From an uncultured Verrucomicrobiae bacterium (lineage in GTDB: Bacteria > Verrucomicrobiota > Verrucomicrobiia > Limisphaerales > Palsa-1400), in assembly GCA_963764165.1 (NCBI GenBank), contig CAVXRD010000002.1:2592001-2656000 (forward strand): a stretch of DNA of 64,000 bases, read 5' to 3'. Of the stretch, positions 28,182 through 36,849 are shown one piece after another. Positions within the stretch are counted from its first letter, which is position 1, and the number at the start of each line of letters is the position of its first letter. The notes below the pieces were generated by a model. The model was given only the letters and a program-made list of their open reading frames with translations. It did not search any database and was not told the DNA's origin. A program made the position numbers and the translations under genes.

Positions 28182-28406
28182 AAAAACAGATGCTGAAATC
28201 TCGGCGGCACCGCACGCCCTAAAGTGCCGCTGACGAAGCGCCGGGGAAAGCCAAAATGGTCACCGGTTGCGCATGGCAGTTGGATTTGTGGGACAATAAT
28301 TCTCGACGCTTTACATGCTGATGCCAGGCGATTATGCTGCGCGTGTTAGCTCGGCTAATGTCTTTCCAAACACGATAGGCATCAAAAAGTAAAAGTGGAG
28401 TCCTGA

Positions 28407-29414
28407 GTGAAAAGCGTTCATTCCCTTTTGTGGGCGTTATTGGCCGCTGTGGCGGCATGCGGCCGCGTTTGCGCGGCGGACAGCGAGGCGGCTAACAGCC
28501 TTTATTTGGTCATCACCAACGGCCCCAGTTCCTTTTCGCTCACCGCCTACAAGACGATTCCCAGTTGCGTTTATCGAATCGAAACGAATGCGGAATTGGC
28601 CAATCCCGCAGGCTGGGGCGAATGGCTCAGGGTTACCGCGACGGGTTCCGTCACACCTCTGGCCTCTTTAAGCGCCACCTTTCAACAACTGTATTTCCGG
28701 GCGGTCATCATGGGGCCCTCCGAAACGGGCGCCGCGGGTGAATTGTTTCTCGGCAAGGTTGTGAACAATGCGAAGGGGGGCACGAACGCGGCGGCGCCAG
28801 ACCTCAAAAGCTGGGGACGCCTGATCAATCCAGACAATGACGGAAAAGCGGCTGTGAACGGAGAGGAACTTGCGCTGAGCGTGCCCGGCGGCGGGCATCC
28901 GCACGATCTCGCCTCGGAAATTGATTTGATCAACTCGCCGCGCGTGGTGCGAAGCGTCGATGGAGATTTTGCGATTCAGGTTCGGACGGACGGGAAATTT
29001 GAACCGGGAGAGATTTCCACCTTTCCCGGCCGCCGAGCCTACAACGGAGCCGCCTTGATCATCATGGCCGGCCCGGGCGATGTGGTTACCTTGGCGCGGG
29101 CGGGACTGCAATACCCCGAAAAAAGCGCATCGTATTATGGGAATCTCGAAATGCGCGCCGGAGGGAATTTGGATCGGATAGGGATGTCTGGCGATTGCAG
29201 GCTGCCAGAGGCCGGTCCGGTGTATCTCAAGCTTGAAAAGCGCGGATTGCAGATCACTGCTTCAACCAGCCTCGACGGCAAGCAATGGCAGACCATTGGA
29301 ACAAAAACCATTCCATCAACATGGCCGCATGCGCTTTCAGCGGGAGTGGCAACAATCAGCACATCCGAGGCGGAATTCGCGCCGCGCTTCGCGCACTTGA
29401 GCATCACGCCATAG
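28407..29414 (+). CDS. Secreted protein with DUF1349-like (ConA-type) domain
   Basis: Signal peptide; NSPRV.RSVDGDF, YNGAAL, VYLKLEKRG, SLDGKQW. Confidence 0.6.
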   Translation: MKSVHSLLWALLAAVAACGRVCAADSEAANSLYLVITNGPSSFSLTAYKTIPSCVYRIETNAELANPAGWGEWLRVTATGSVTPLASLSATFQQLYFRAVIMGPSETGAAGELFLGKVVNNAKGGTNAAAPDLKSWGRLINPDNDGKAAVNGEELALSVPGGGHPHDLASEIDLINSPRVVRSVDGDFAIQVRTDGKFEPGEISTFPGRRAYNGAALIIMAGPGDVVTLARAGLQYPEKSASYYGNLEMRAGGNLDRIGMSGDCRLPEAGPVYLKLEKRGLQITASTSLDGKQWQTIGTKTIPSTWPHALSAGVATISTSEAEFAPRFAHLSITP

Positions 29415-29525
29415 CAATGCTTGTTCCCTAGGAACGATTCATCGGGGAAAGAGATGGGAATTAGCGGGGTGCATCTCACACCAGGTTTGTCCTGTTCCCG
29501 TCAAACGGGGCTGCATCTATAACGG

Positions 29526-29790
29526 GGTGTGAGTGAAAGTGGGGGATGGACGCAGGCCGACAGGCGGAGCGCGGCTGTGTCGAAGACCAGCCGCAGCAAC
29601 TCTCAAACAAACGAAACGGATCTTCCTGTGGCCATCTCCGAAAAATCTATCAAAACTTCGGAACTGCGACTGGCGAGCCGTGCCGCTGTTTCCAACGCGC
29701 CACTTGCTTCGAAGCGGCTGCGGCTGGTCTTCGACACAGCCGCGCTCCGCTCAAAGCGAAATCGGCGGCAATCTCACTTACGCTTAACCC
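29526..29790. mobile_element. Second MITE-like element carrying a family C REP doublet
   Basis: Begins ggtgtgagtgaaagtgggggatggacgcaggccgaca (homologous to the reverse complement of 19445-19482); perfect 34-bp inner IR 29564-29597 / 29717-29750; shared cgctcaaagcgaaatc; right end approximate. Confidence 0.65.
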
Positions 29791-29857
29791 GCCTTTATTC
29801 ATACCCTCTATAGCAGCCTGCCGCGCGTTCCGTTCGACATCGTCATTCATTTTGTGT

Positions 29858-32227
29858 ATGACTGCGGCCTTGCAATCGAAAGCACAATCGCGCGCGCCGC
29901 GCTGGAAATTATGGTGCATGCGGCTGATCGCCGTCATTTTGGTGCCATGCCTTTTCCTGGCGTTGCTGGAATTTGCGCTTCACCTCATTGGATTTGGCTG
30001 CTCGACTTCGTTTCTGCTGAAATCGCAAAACAAGGGCGAGCTAACCTACATCCAAAACAACAAATTCACCTGGCGCTTTTTTGGGAAGCGCATGGCGCGC
30101 ACGCCCAATCCATTTTCCATCGGCCGCGACAAACCGCCCGGCACGGTGCGCATATTTGTCCTCGGCGAATCGGCCGCGTTCGGTGATCCGCAGCCGGCCT
30201 TCGGCTTGCCGCGCGTGCTGTCGGCCATGCTGAGCCTGCGCCATCCGGGCACCAATTTCGAAATCATCAATGGCGCGATGACGGCCATCAATTCGCATGT
30301 GATTCTGCCCATCGCCCGCGATTGCGCCCGCGCCCACGGGGACGTTTGGGTGATTTACATGGGCAACAATGAAGTCGTCGGCCCGTTCGGCGCGGGAACG
30401 ATTTTTGGCTCGCAAACGCTGCCGCTGCCGTGGATTCGCGCGGACCTCGCCTTGAAATCCACCCGCTTCGGGCAGTGCCTTGATGCGCTCCGCGATTCTG
30501 TCAATAAAAAGTCCGCCGACAAGAGCGAATGGGGCGGGATGGAAATGTTCCTCGGCCAGCAAGTCGCCGCGGATGACCCGCGCATGGCCTTCGTTTACAA
30601 AAATTTCGCGAGGAACCTGGAAGATATTATCCAGGCGGGACACAACTCGGGCGCGGGCGTGGTGGTCAGCACGATGGCTGTCAACTTGAGGGATTGCGCG
30701 CCGTTCGGATCCAGGCATCGCGCTGGGCTTTCGTCGGCTGATCTGCGGACGCTGGATGACGAAACGCGCCTCGGAACCCAAGCCCAGGCGGCGGGGGATT
30801 TTCTCACGGCGGTTCAACAATTTGGGAGCGCGGCAAAATTGGACGACGCCAGCGCGGAAATCCAATTTTGTCTGGGGCGCGCGCTGCTCTCCGCCGGTGA
30901 CGCCACCGGGGCGCGCAAAGCTCTCATCGCCGCCCGCGACCTCGACACTCTCCGCTTTCGCTGCGACTCGCGCCTGAACGATTTGATTCGCCAAGCTGGC
31001 AGCGGCCGCGAGCCGCAAAAAATTCTGCTGGCCGACGCTGAAACGTCCTTCGCCGAGGCATCGCCTGACGCATTGCCGGGATGGAATTTCTTCTACGAGC
31101 ACGTGCATTTTACGTTTGAGGGAAATTATTTGCTGGCGCGGGCGATTGCGGAAAAAGTTGAGCAGCTCCTTCCGCAAAACGGGCCGTCGCCGCCAGCGTG
31201 GCCTTCCATTGCCGATTGCGCCCGCCGCCTCGGACGCACCGAGCACGACTTGCAGCCAGCCTTGGCGGATATCTTCGGGAGGCTGGCCGACCCTCCTTTC
31301 GCCACGCAAATCAACCATGCCGAGCAGATGCAATATTGGATGCAGCAGTTGAAAAATTCCGAGGCGCATTCGAGCCAGAAAGAGGCGCTGAGCGTGTTGC
31401 AGGATGCGGTCAAGGCCAGTCCGAACGACGCGCAGCTTTTCGAAAATCTGGCCGTGCTGGAACAGTCGCTTGGACACTCCGCGGAAGCGGAGACCGCGGC
31501 GCGGCGCGCGGCGGATTTGGTGCCGAGCAGCGAATCGGCGTGGTCGGAGATGGGCTACGCTTGCGCGCAGGAGAAAAAATATGACGAGGCGCTGGGCGCT
31601 TTTCAGCAGGCGTTCAAATTAAACGAGCAAGATCCATGGCCATTGCAAAATATAGCGATGGCGCAAACGAAACTCGGAAAAACCAATGACGCGATGCGGA
31701 CCTACCGCCGAGCCTTCACGGTGGCGCCCAAATTCGGCCTCGCCTATTTGGGACTCGGCCAATTGCTCGAAAGCGAAGGCAAGACCAACGAGGCGTCGCA
31801 ATATTACCAGAAGGCTCTGGCCAACCGCATCCATCGTCCCTCGGAATTGGCGACGCTGGCGAAATTTTGCATGGCCCGCGGCTGGATCGAGGCCGCCGCC
31901 ACCAATTACGACGACGCCATTGCCATGGACCGCGTGAACGGGGAGCTTCGATTGGAAGACGGCAAAGCGCATTTCATGCTCGGGCAAAAATTTGGGAATG
32001 CGGGCGATGCGGCGCGCGCGGTCAAGGAATTCCAGACCGCCGCGCAGTTGATGCCGCAAGTCATCGAAGCGCAGTTGAATCTCGGCATTGCGCTTTACCA
32101 AAGCGGCAGGCTGAGTGATGCCCGCGAGCTGTTCGACCGCATTCGGAAGCAGGATCCCAAGAACACCATGGCGGCGCGCTATCTTGATCTCATCCGCCGA
32201 AAGACGGATCCCGAGGCTGGCAAATGA
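29858..32227 (+). CDS. Membrane-anchored SGNH-like domain plus TPR repeat protein
   Basis: N-terminal TM; RIFVLGESAAFG, IYMGNNE, EHVHFT; multiple TPRs. The ORF-track start at 29546 lies within a repeat. Confidence 0.8.
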   Translation: MTAALQSKAQSRAPRWKLWCMRLIAVILVPCLFLALLEFALHLIGFGCSTSFLLKSQNKGELTYIQNNKFTWRFFGKRMARTPNPFSIGRDKPPGTVRIFVLGESAAFGDPQPAFGLPRVLSAMLSLRHPGTNFEIINGAMTAINSHVILPIARDCARAHGDVWVIYMGNNEVVGPFGAGTIFGSQTLPLPWIRADLALKSTRFGQCLDALRDSVNKKSADKSEWGGMEMFLGQQVAADDPRMAFVYKNFARNLEDIIQAGHNSGAGVVVSTMAVNLRDCAPFGSRHRAGLSSADLRTLDDETRLGTQAQAAGDFLTAVQQFGSAAKLDDASAEIQFCLGRALLSAGDATGARKALIAARDLDTLRFRCDSRLNDLIRQAGSGREPQKILLADAETSFAEASPDALPGWNFFYEHVHFTFEGNYLLARAIAEKVEQLLPQNGPSPPAWPSIADCARRLGRTEHDLQPALADIFGRLADPPFATQINHAEQMQYWMQQLKNSEAHSSQKEALSVLQDAVKASPNDAQLFENLAVLEQSLGHSAEAETAARRAADLVPSSESAWSEMGYACAQEKKYDEALGAFQQAFKLNEQDPWPLQNIAMAQTKLGKTNDAMRTYRRAFTVAPKFGLAYLGLGQLLESEGKTNEASQYYQKALANRIHRPSELATLAKFCMARGWIEAAATNYDDAIAMDRVNGELRLEDGKAHFMLGQKFGNAGDAARAVKEFQTAAQLMPQVIEAQLNLGIALYQSGRLSDARELFDRIRKQDPKNTMAARYLDLIRRKTDPEAGK

Positions 32228-33342
32228 AAGCGGCCATGAGATGGCGAGCTGGCATGCTGATGGCGCAGCTCTCATGGCTGGCGCACACAGGGAACGGCGC
32301 CCCTCCCGGCGCAAATTATTTCCCGCTGTGGCGTGATGGAAAAACGAACGCCATTGATATGGCGCTCATTTATCAAGGCGGCGTCCATCGTCCGCAATGG
32401 GCGACAAACCGCTTCGCGCCTTATGTGACTTTCCGCGACACTCAGGCAGGCAAAGAAGAATGGCTTTTTGACACGTTTCTTTTCATCGAATTCAAAGACG
32501 GAAAAGGCCATGCCTACGCAGCCGACTCCGGAAAGAATCCGGCCGGAAAATCAGAATGGCAATTCCTCCTCGACCGGAATTTCGCCGCCAACGACGGCAT
32601 CCCAATGCTTGAGAAAACGTGCGAGGCCGCGAGATCGCGAATCGGCTCCCCGCTTCGCAAGCGAAAGGTTGCCATCACTCTGCCGGAGCCTGTATTCGCC
32701 AAAACAAATTGGGGCGAATTGAACGGGCGGGCGCTGGATTTCAACAAGGCCGATGACCAAATCTCGGCCTGCGAATGGTTCATGGACACCGCGGAAGAAA
32801 AGTGGCGGGAGCTCGCGCCGCGAAATCTCGATTTGGCCGGATTCTATTGGCTGGACGAAACGGCGCCCACCAATGCCGAATTTATTCAAGCCGTGGCGCG
32901 AAGAGTCCATGCCCGCGGCAAACAATTCTATTGGATTCCGTTTTGGCAGCCGTCGCATTGGAAGGGGCAATGGCAGTCATACGGCTTCGACATCGCATGG
33001 CAGCAGCCGAATCATTTCTTCCACCCCGAACTGCCCGATTCGCGCCTGCGCGATGCCTGCTATTTTGCCGACAGCCACGGCATGGGATTGGAAATGGAAT
33101 TCGATCCGCGCATGATCAGCCAGCCGAACATTTTCATGCCGCGATTTGAGGCGTATTTTAAGGCGTTCGATCAGTTCGGCGTGAGCCAAAATGCCAGCAT
33201 GGCCTGGTACGAAGGCGGCGTCGCCATTTACGAATTGGCCACCTCGGAAAACCCGGAGCTTCGCGCGCGTTACAACAGCATCGGAAAATTTGTCCTCCGC
33301 CGGCAGCACATCGCGGACGAGAAATTCGCCAAGGAGCGCTGA
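32224..33342 (+). CDS. DUF4855-like glycoside-hydrolase-fold protein
   Basis: WLFDTFLFIEF, LAGFYWLDE, YWIP, GFDIAWQQPN, GLEMEFD. Confidence 0.7.
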   Translation: MKAAMRWRAGMLMAQLSWLAHTGNGAPPGANYFPLWRDGKTNAIDMALIYQGGVHRPQWATNRFAPYVTFRDTQAGKEEWLFDTFLFIEFKDGKGHAYAADSGKNPAGKSEWQFLLDRNFAANDGIPMLEKTCEAARSRIGSPLRKRKVAITLPEPVFAKTNWGELNGRALDFNKADDQISACEWFMDTAEEKWRELAPRNLDLAGFYWLDETAPTNAEFIQAVARRVHARGKQFYWIPFWQPSHWKGQWQSYGFDIAWQQPNHFFHPELPDSRLRDACYFADSHGMGLEMEFDPRMISQPNIFMPRFEAYFKAFDQFGVSQNASMAWYEGGVAIYELATSENPELRARYNSIGKFVLRRQHIADEKFAKER

Positions 33343-33382
33343 GACAGCGCGGCCTGCAGCGACCACAAATTACACTGCCAGA

Positions 33383-33577
33383 ATGAAAACGGAAACCGTT
33401 GAAATTCCCGCCGCCGTTCTCGCGTCCGTCGAAACTCTCGACGAGCTTCAGGACTGGCTCACGGCACAGCATCCCGGCGTCATCGCCGAATGGCGGGCGG
33501 CGCGGCGCGAAGATGTGGCTGGTAAATTCAAACCTTGGAAACCCCGCCATCAGGCGTGTCCTGCCAAGTCGAAATAG
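33383..33577 (+). CDS. Small protein, probable type II antitoxin (64 aa)
   Basis: MKTETVEIPAAVLASVETLDELQDWL...ARREDVAGKFKPWK; TACACT-N6-ATG start; overlaps a RelE-like remnant. Confidence 0.6.
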   Translation: MKTETVEIPAAVLASVETLDELQDWLTAQHPGVIAEWRAARREDVAGKFKPWKPRHQACPAKSK

Positions 33578-33691
33578 GCGGCAAAGCTTCGGGTGGGCGA
33601 TTATCGCGTCCTCCATTGGATTTATCCCGCAAAAAAGATTGTCCGCATCTGCCGCATCCAGCACCGCTCCGAAGCTTATCGTCATCTCTGA
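33556..33691 (+). pseudogene. RelE/ParE-family toxin remnant (internal deletion, out of frame)
   Basis: GTG-start MSCQVEI, then in another frame KLRVGDYRVLHWIYPAKKIVRICRIQHRSEAYRHL*, the typical RelE C-terminus. Confidence 0.75.
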
Positions 33692-33748
33692 TTGCCGCCT
33701 TGGGACGGCGTGCCACCGTCCGCAGACGCCGCGGCCCCAGCAAACCGC

Positions 33749-33814
33749 TTGGCACTTTACCCCCGTTGTTTTGGCACGCGCATCTCTGGACAACCGATTC
33801 GGCTGATTTAAACT
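33749..33814 (+). promoter_or_regulatory. TTGGCAC direct-repeat operator with promoter (site 1)
   Basis: TTGGCACtttacccccgttgttTTGGCAC-N9-TGGACA-N16-TAAACT. Confidence 0.7.
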
Positions 33815-33927
33815 CGGTCATCACATGCATTTGCGAATTTCGTTGACGGCTTGTATTCTCAGCTCGGAACTCCTAGCGTCAACGCAGTGCAATTTCCTGT
33901 CCTCCAGCCAATAGAAATCGCCTCCCC

Positions 33928-34281
33928 GTGAAACCGCTTTGTTTAACCGCCGCTTGCTGCCTGCTGATCTCCCCCAGCCCGGCGGGCGCCCATCAAAGCG
34001 GCGCTCTTGTTGACAAGATCAACCCATTCATCGGCGCCAGCACCAGCACTGATCTTGGCGAGGGCAAACCGTTCACGGTTCGCGCGCGTGAAAATTCCGC
34101 GGAGAACGATTATATCCAGTCCGCCAAGCTCAGCGGCAAGCTGCTCGGGCGCGCGTGGCTGCGGCACGGCGAAGTCGTGGCGGGCGGAACACTCGATCTG
34201 CTCTGGGCTCCGAAGCCGAATCAAGCGTGGGGATCGTCCCCGGATGTCTTGCCGCCGCGCAATTTTCCGCCGCACAATTAA
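33928..34281 (+). pseudogene. GH92 alpha-mannosidase collapsed by a large in-frame internal deletion
   Basis: Signal peptide plus GH92 N-terminus (LVDKINPFIG) joined directly to the GH92 C-terminus (FTVRARENSAENDYIQSAKL.G..L.RAWLRH.EVVAGGTL); compare the end of the 39299-41593 product. Confidence 0.8.
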
Positions 34282-34288
34282 GACCCAT

Positions 34289-36842
34289 ATGGCCAATATG
34301 ACTCTGCGATGCGTGCCGGCAATCATTTGCTTGTGCGCAGGCTCCGCCATGTCGCAGACGGCCTATTTCGCGGATGGCTTCCACGGCGGATTTTACGGCC
34401 ATTATCCAGCGAACTTCACGCAGTTCATGGTGGACTCGATGCGGAAGAATCCGAATTGGAAATTGAACTTGGAGATCGAGCCGGAGACATGGGATTTTGC
34501 GAGCACCAACACGCCGGATGATCTGGCGGCCTTCAAGGCGCTGGCGGCGGATCAATCCGTGAATGGGCGTGTCGAGTTCGTCAATCCGGCTTACGGGCAG
34601 AGTTATCTTTGGAATATTTCCGGCGAGAGCGTGATTCAGCAATTGGATCGCGGCATGAAGAAAATTCGCGAGCAATTTCCAAACGCGGATTTCTCGACCT
34701 ATTCGAGCGAGGAGCCGTGCTTTACCAGTGCGCTGCCGGGGATTTTGCGCTCGTTTGGATTCAGCCACGCCGTCCTGAAAAATCCAAATACGTGCTGGGG
34801 CGGATACACGCGGGCTTATGGGAAGGAATTGGTGAATTGGATCGGATCCGATGGAACGGCGATTTCGAACTGTGCCGCGCTACGAAATCGAATCGCTCAA
34901 ACCGAACTCCACTTGGGAAACCATCGCGGCCGCCAACGGATCGAATTACGTCACCGCCGCGCTCAAAGACGGAATAGAGCATCCGGTTGGAATGTGCCTG
35001 CAAGATGCTGGGTGGCGATGGGGGCCGTGGCTGAGCCACGGCAAAACCGCGTATCGGCCCACGGAATCAGTGACGTGGCGCGAGTACTTCGACAAGATAA
35101 CGACAAACGCGCCCGCGCCGGATTGGGCGTTCGATCAGGAAGACGTGCGCGTAAGTTTGGTTTGGGGTTCACAAATTTTGCAGCACGTCGCACAAAATGT
35201 GCGGCAGGCGGAGAATCGGATTGTGATGGCGGAAAAAATGGCGACGCTCTCAAGCGCCCTGCTCGACACTCCGTGGCCGAAAGCGCCGCTGGACGAGGCA
35301 TGGCGAACTCTCCTTCTCTCGCAGCATCACGACTGCTGGATTGTTCCTTATAATCGCCGCTTTGATCGCACATGGGCGGAAAACGTCGCGCTTTGGACTG
35401 AATCCACGCGGAAAACAAGCGACGACGTCATTGCCGATTCCTCCAAGAACTTTTGCTCGCATTCGCAAATTGGCGGAGCGCAAACAATTACGGTCTTCAA
35501 CACGACAGCCTTCGCGCGCGCTGAATGCGCAGCGGTCGAATTGCCTTCGGGGTGGTCATCCGCGAAAATGCTCGACTCAAGCCATCACGAAGTCATCTCC
35601 CAATTGATTGTCGAAAATTCGAAAACGAATATCCTGTTCCGTGCGCTAACGCCCCCTCTTGGATTCAATACATATCAATTGCAAAAAGGCTCCGTGCAAC
35701 TGCAGGTTGGAGCCACTGCCACCATCGACGGAAACGGGATGGCGCGAATGGAATCGGATTTTTATTCGATGCTCCTTGATCCGAAGAAAGGTGGAACCAT
35801 CGTGGAATTAACCGCAAAGAAGCTGGGTGGTAAAAATCTCGTGGCGGATGGCGTTGGCGCCGTGCTGAACGAGGCGCGTGGTTTTTTTCCGAAACAAGCG
35901 CGTTTTTATTCCACAACAAATGCCGCGGCGGAGATTCAAATTATTGAAACGGGCCCGTTGGAAATCTCGGTTAAAATTTCCGGGCAAATTGCGGACAATC
36001 ACGTCGATCAATGGATCATAATGCACGAAGGCGAGCCTCGCATTGATTTCAAAACGCGCATGGATTGGAAGGGCGAACAGGAAATCGGCGCGAAGCCGGC
36101 GCCGGGAGGATTCCAGGCGACCGATGATCGCAAAGCGTTTTATGACGACCGCTGCAAGCTTCGCGTGCTTTTTCCCTTCGCGTTGAAGAATGAGAAAATC
36201 TTCAAGGATGCGCCCTTCGCGGTGACGGAAAGCCATTTGACCAACACGTTTTTCGACCGCTGGTCGGAAATAAAAAATAACATCGTCCTTCATTGGGTGG
36301 ACGCGTGCGACGCCTCCAGCGGAATCGGTATCGCGCTTTTCACCGATCAAACCACGAGTTATTCGAGCGCTCCTGGCGAGCCGCTCGGGTTAACCGCGCA
36401 ATACAGCGGCACCGCTTTGTGGGGGCGGAACTACAGTTTGAACGGCCCGACCGAACTTCGTTACGCGTTGCTTCCGCACGCTGGCGATTGGCAGCGGGCG
36501 CGCATTTGGGCCGCCGCCGATGAATGGAACGAGCCGCTCTTCGCATTAACTAATGCAGTCGAGGCTGGCGGACAGTCATTGCTCTCCATCGATGGCGACG
36601 CGCTGGAAGTCCCAACCATGCGAGTCGTTGACGGCAAAGTCGTAGTGCGGCTGTTCAATCCATCGCGCGAAGCGGTCTCGGCGACTCTTTATTACAACGG
36701 AAAAATTCAGAGGGCGGAAATGGTTCAACTCAACGGCGAGGCGATCCATTCGCTCACTTTGCAGAAGGATTCCAGCGGTCACGCGATGTTCACCGCGAGT
36801 TTGCCAAAATTTGGCGTCGGCACGATTCGCATCACCCCGTGA
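34289..36842 (+). pseudogene. GH38-like alpha-mannosidase, frameshifted near 34863 (pseudogene or sequencing error)
   Basis: DGFHGG...LPGIL...WIGSDGT in one frame continues as TVPRY...LSQHHDCW in the next; removing one T from TTT at 34863-34865 joins them. Confidence 0.7.
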
Positions 36843-36849
36843 TCTTCCA

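Noticed and set aside
28225..28275. CTGACGA...GAAA resembling a hammerhead ribozyme core
   Set aside because: No pairable stem II between CUGANGA and GAAA, and no convincing stems I/III.
28319..28385. Nested short inverted repeats (tgatgcc/ggcatca, cgtgtt/aacacg) upstream of the 28407 gene
   Set aside because: Stems are short and match no riboswitch I recognise; a covariance search would be needed.
29546..29857. N-terminal extension of the TPR protein in the ORF track
   Set aside because: It is a translation of the REP/MITE element; a plausible start lies at 29858.
33749..33790. TGGCAC as a sigma-54 -24 element (also at 41640-41668 and 47394-47422)
   Set aside because: None of the six copies has TTGC at the -12 position; the 22-bp direct-repeat geometry fits an activator site instead.
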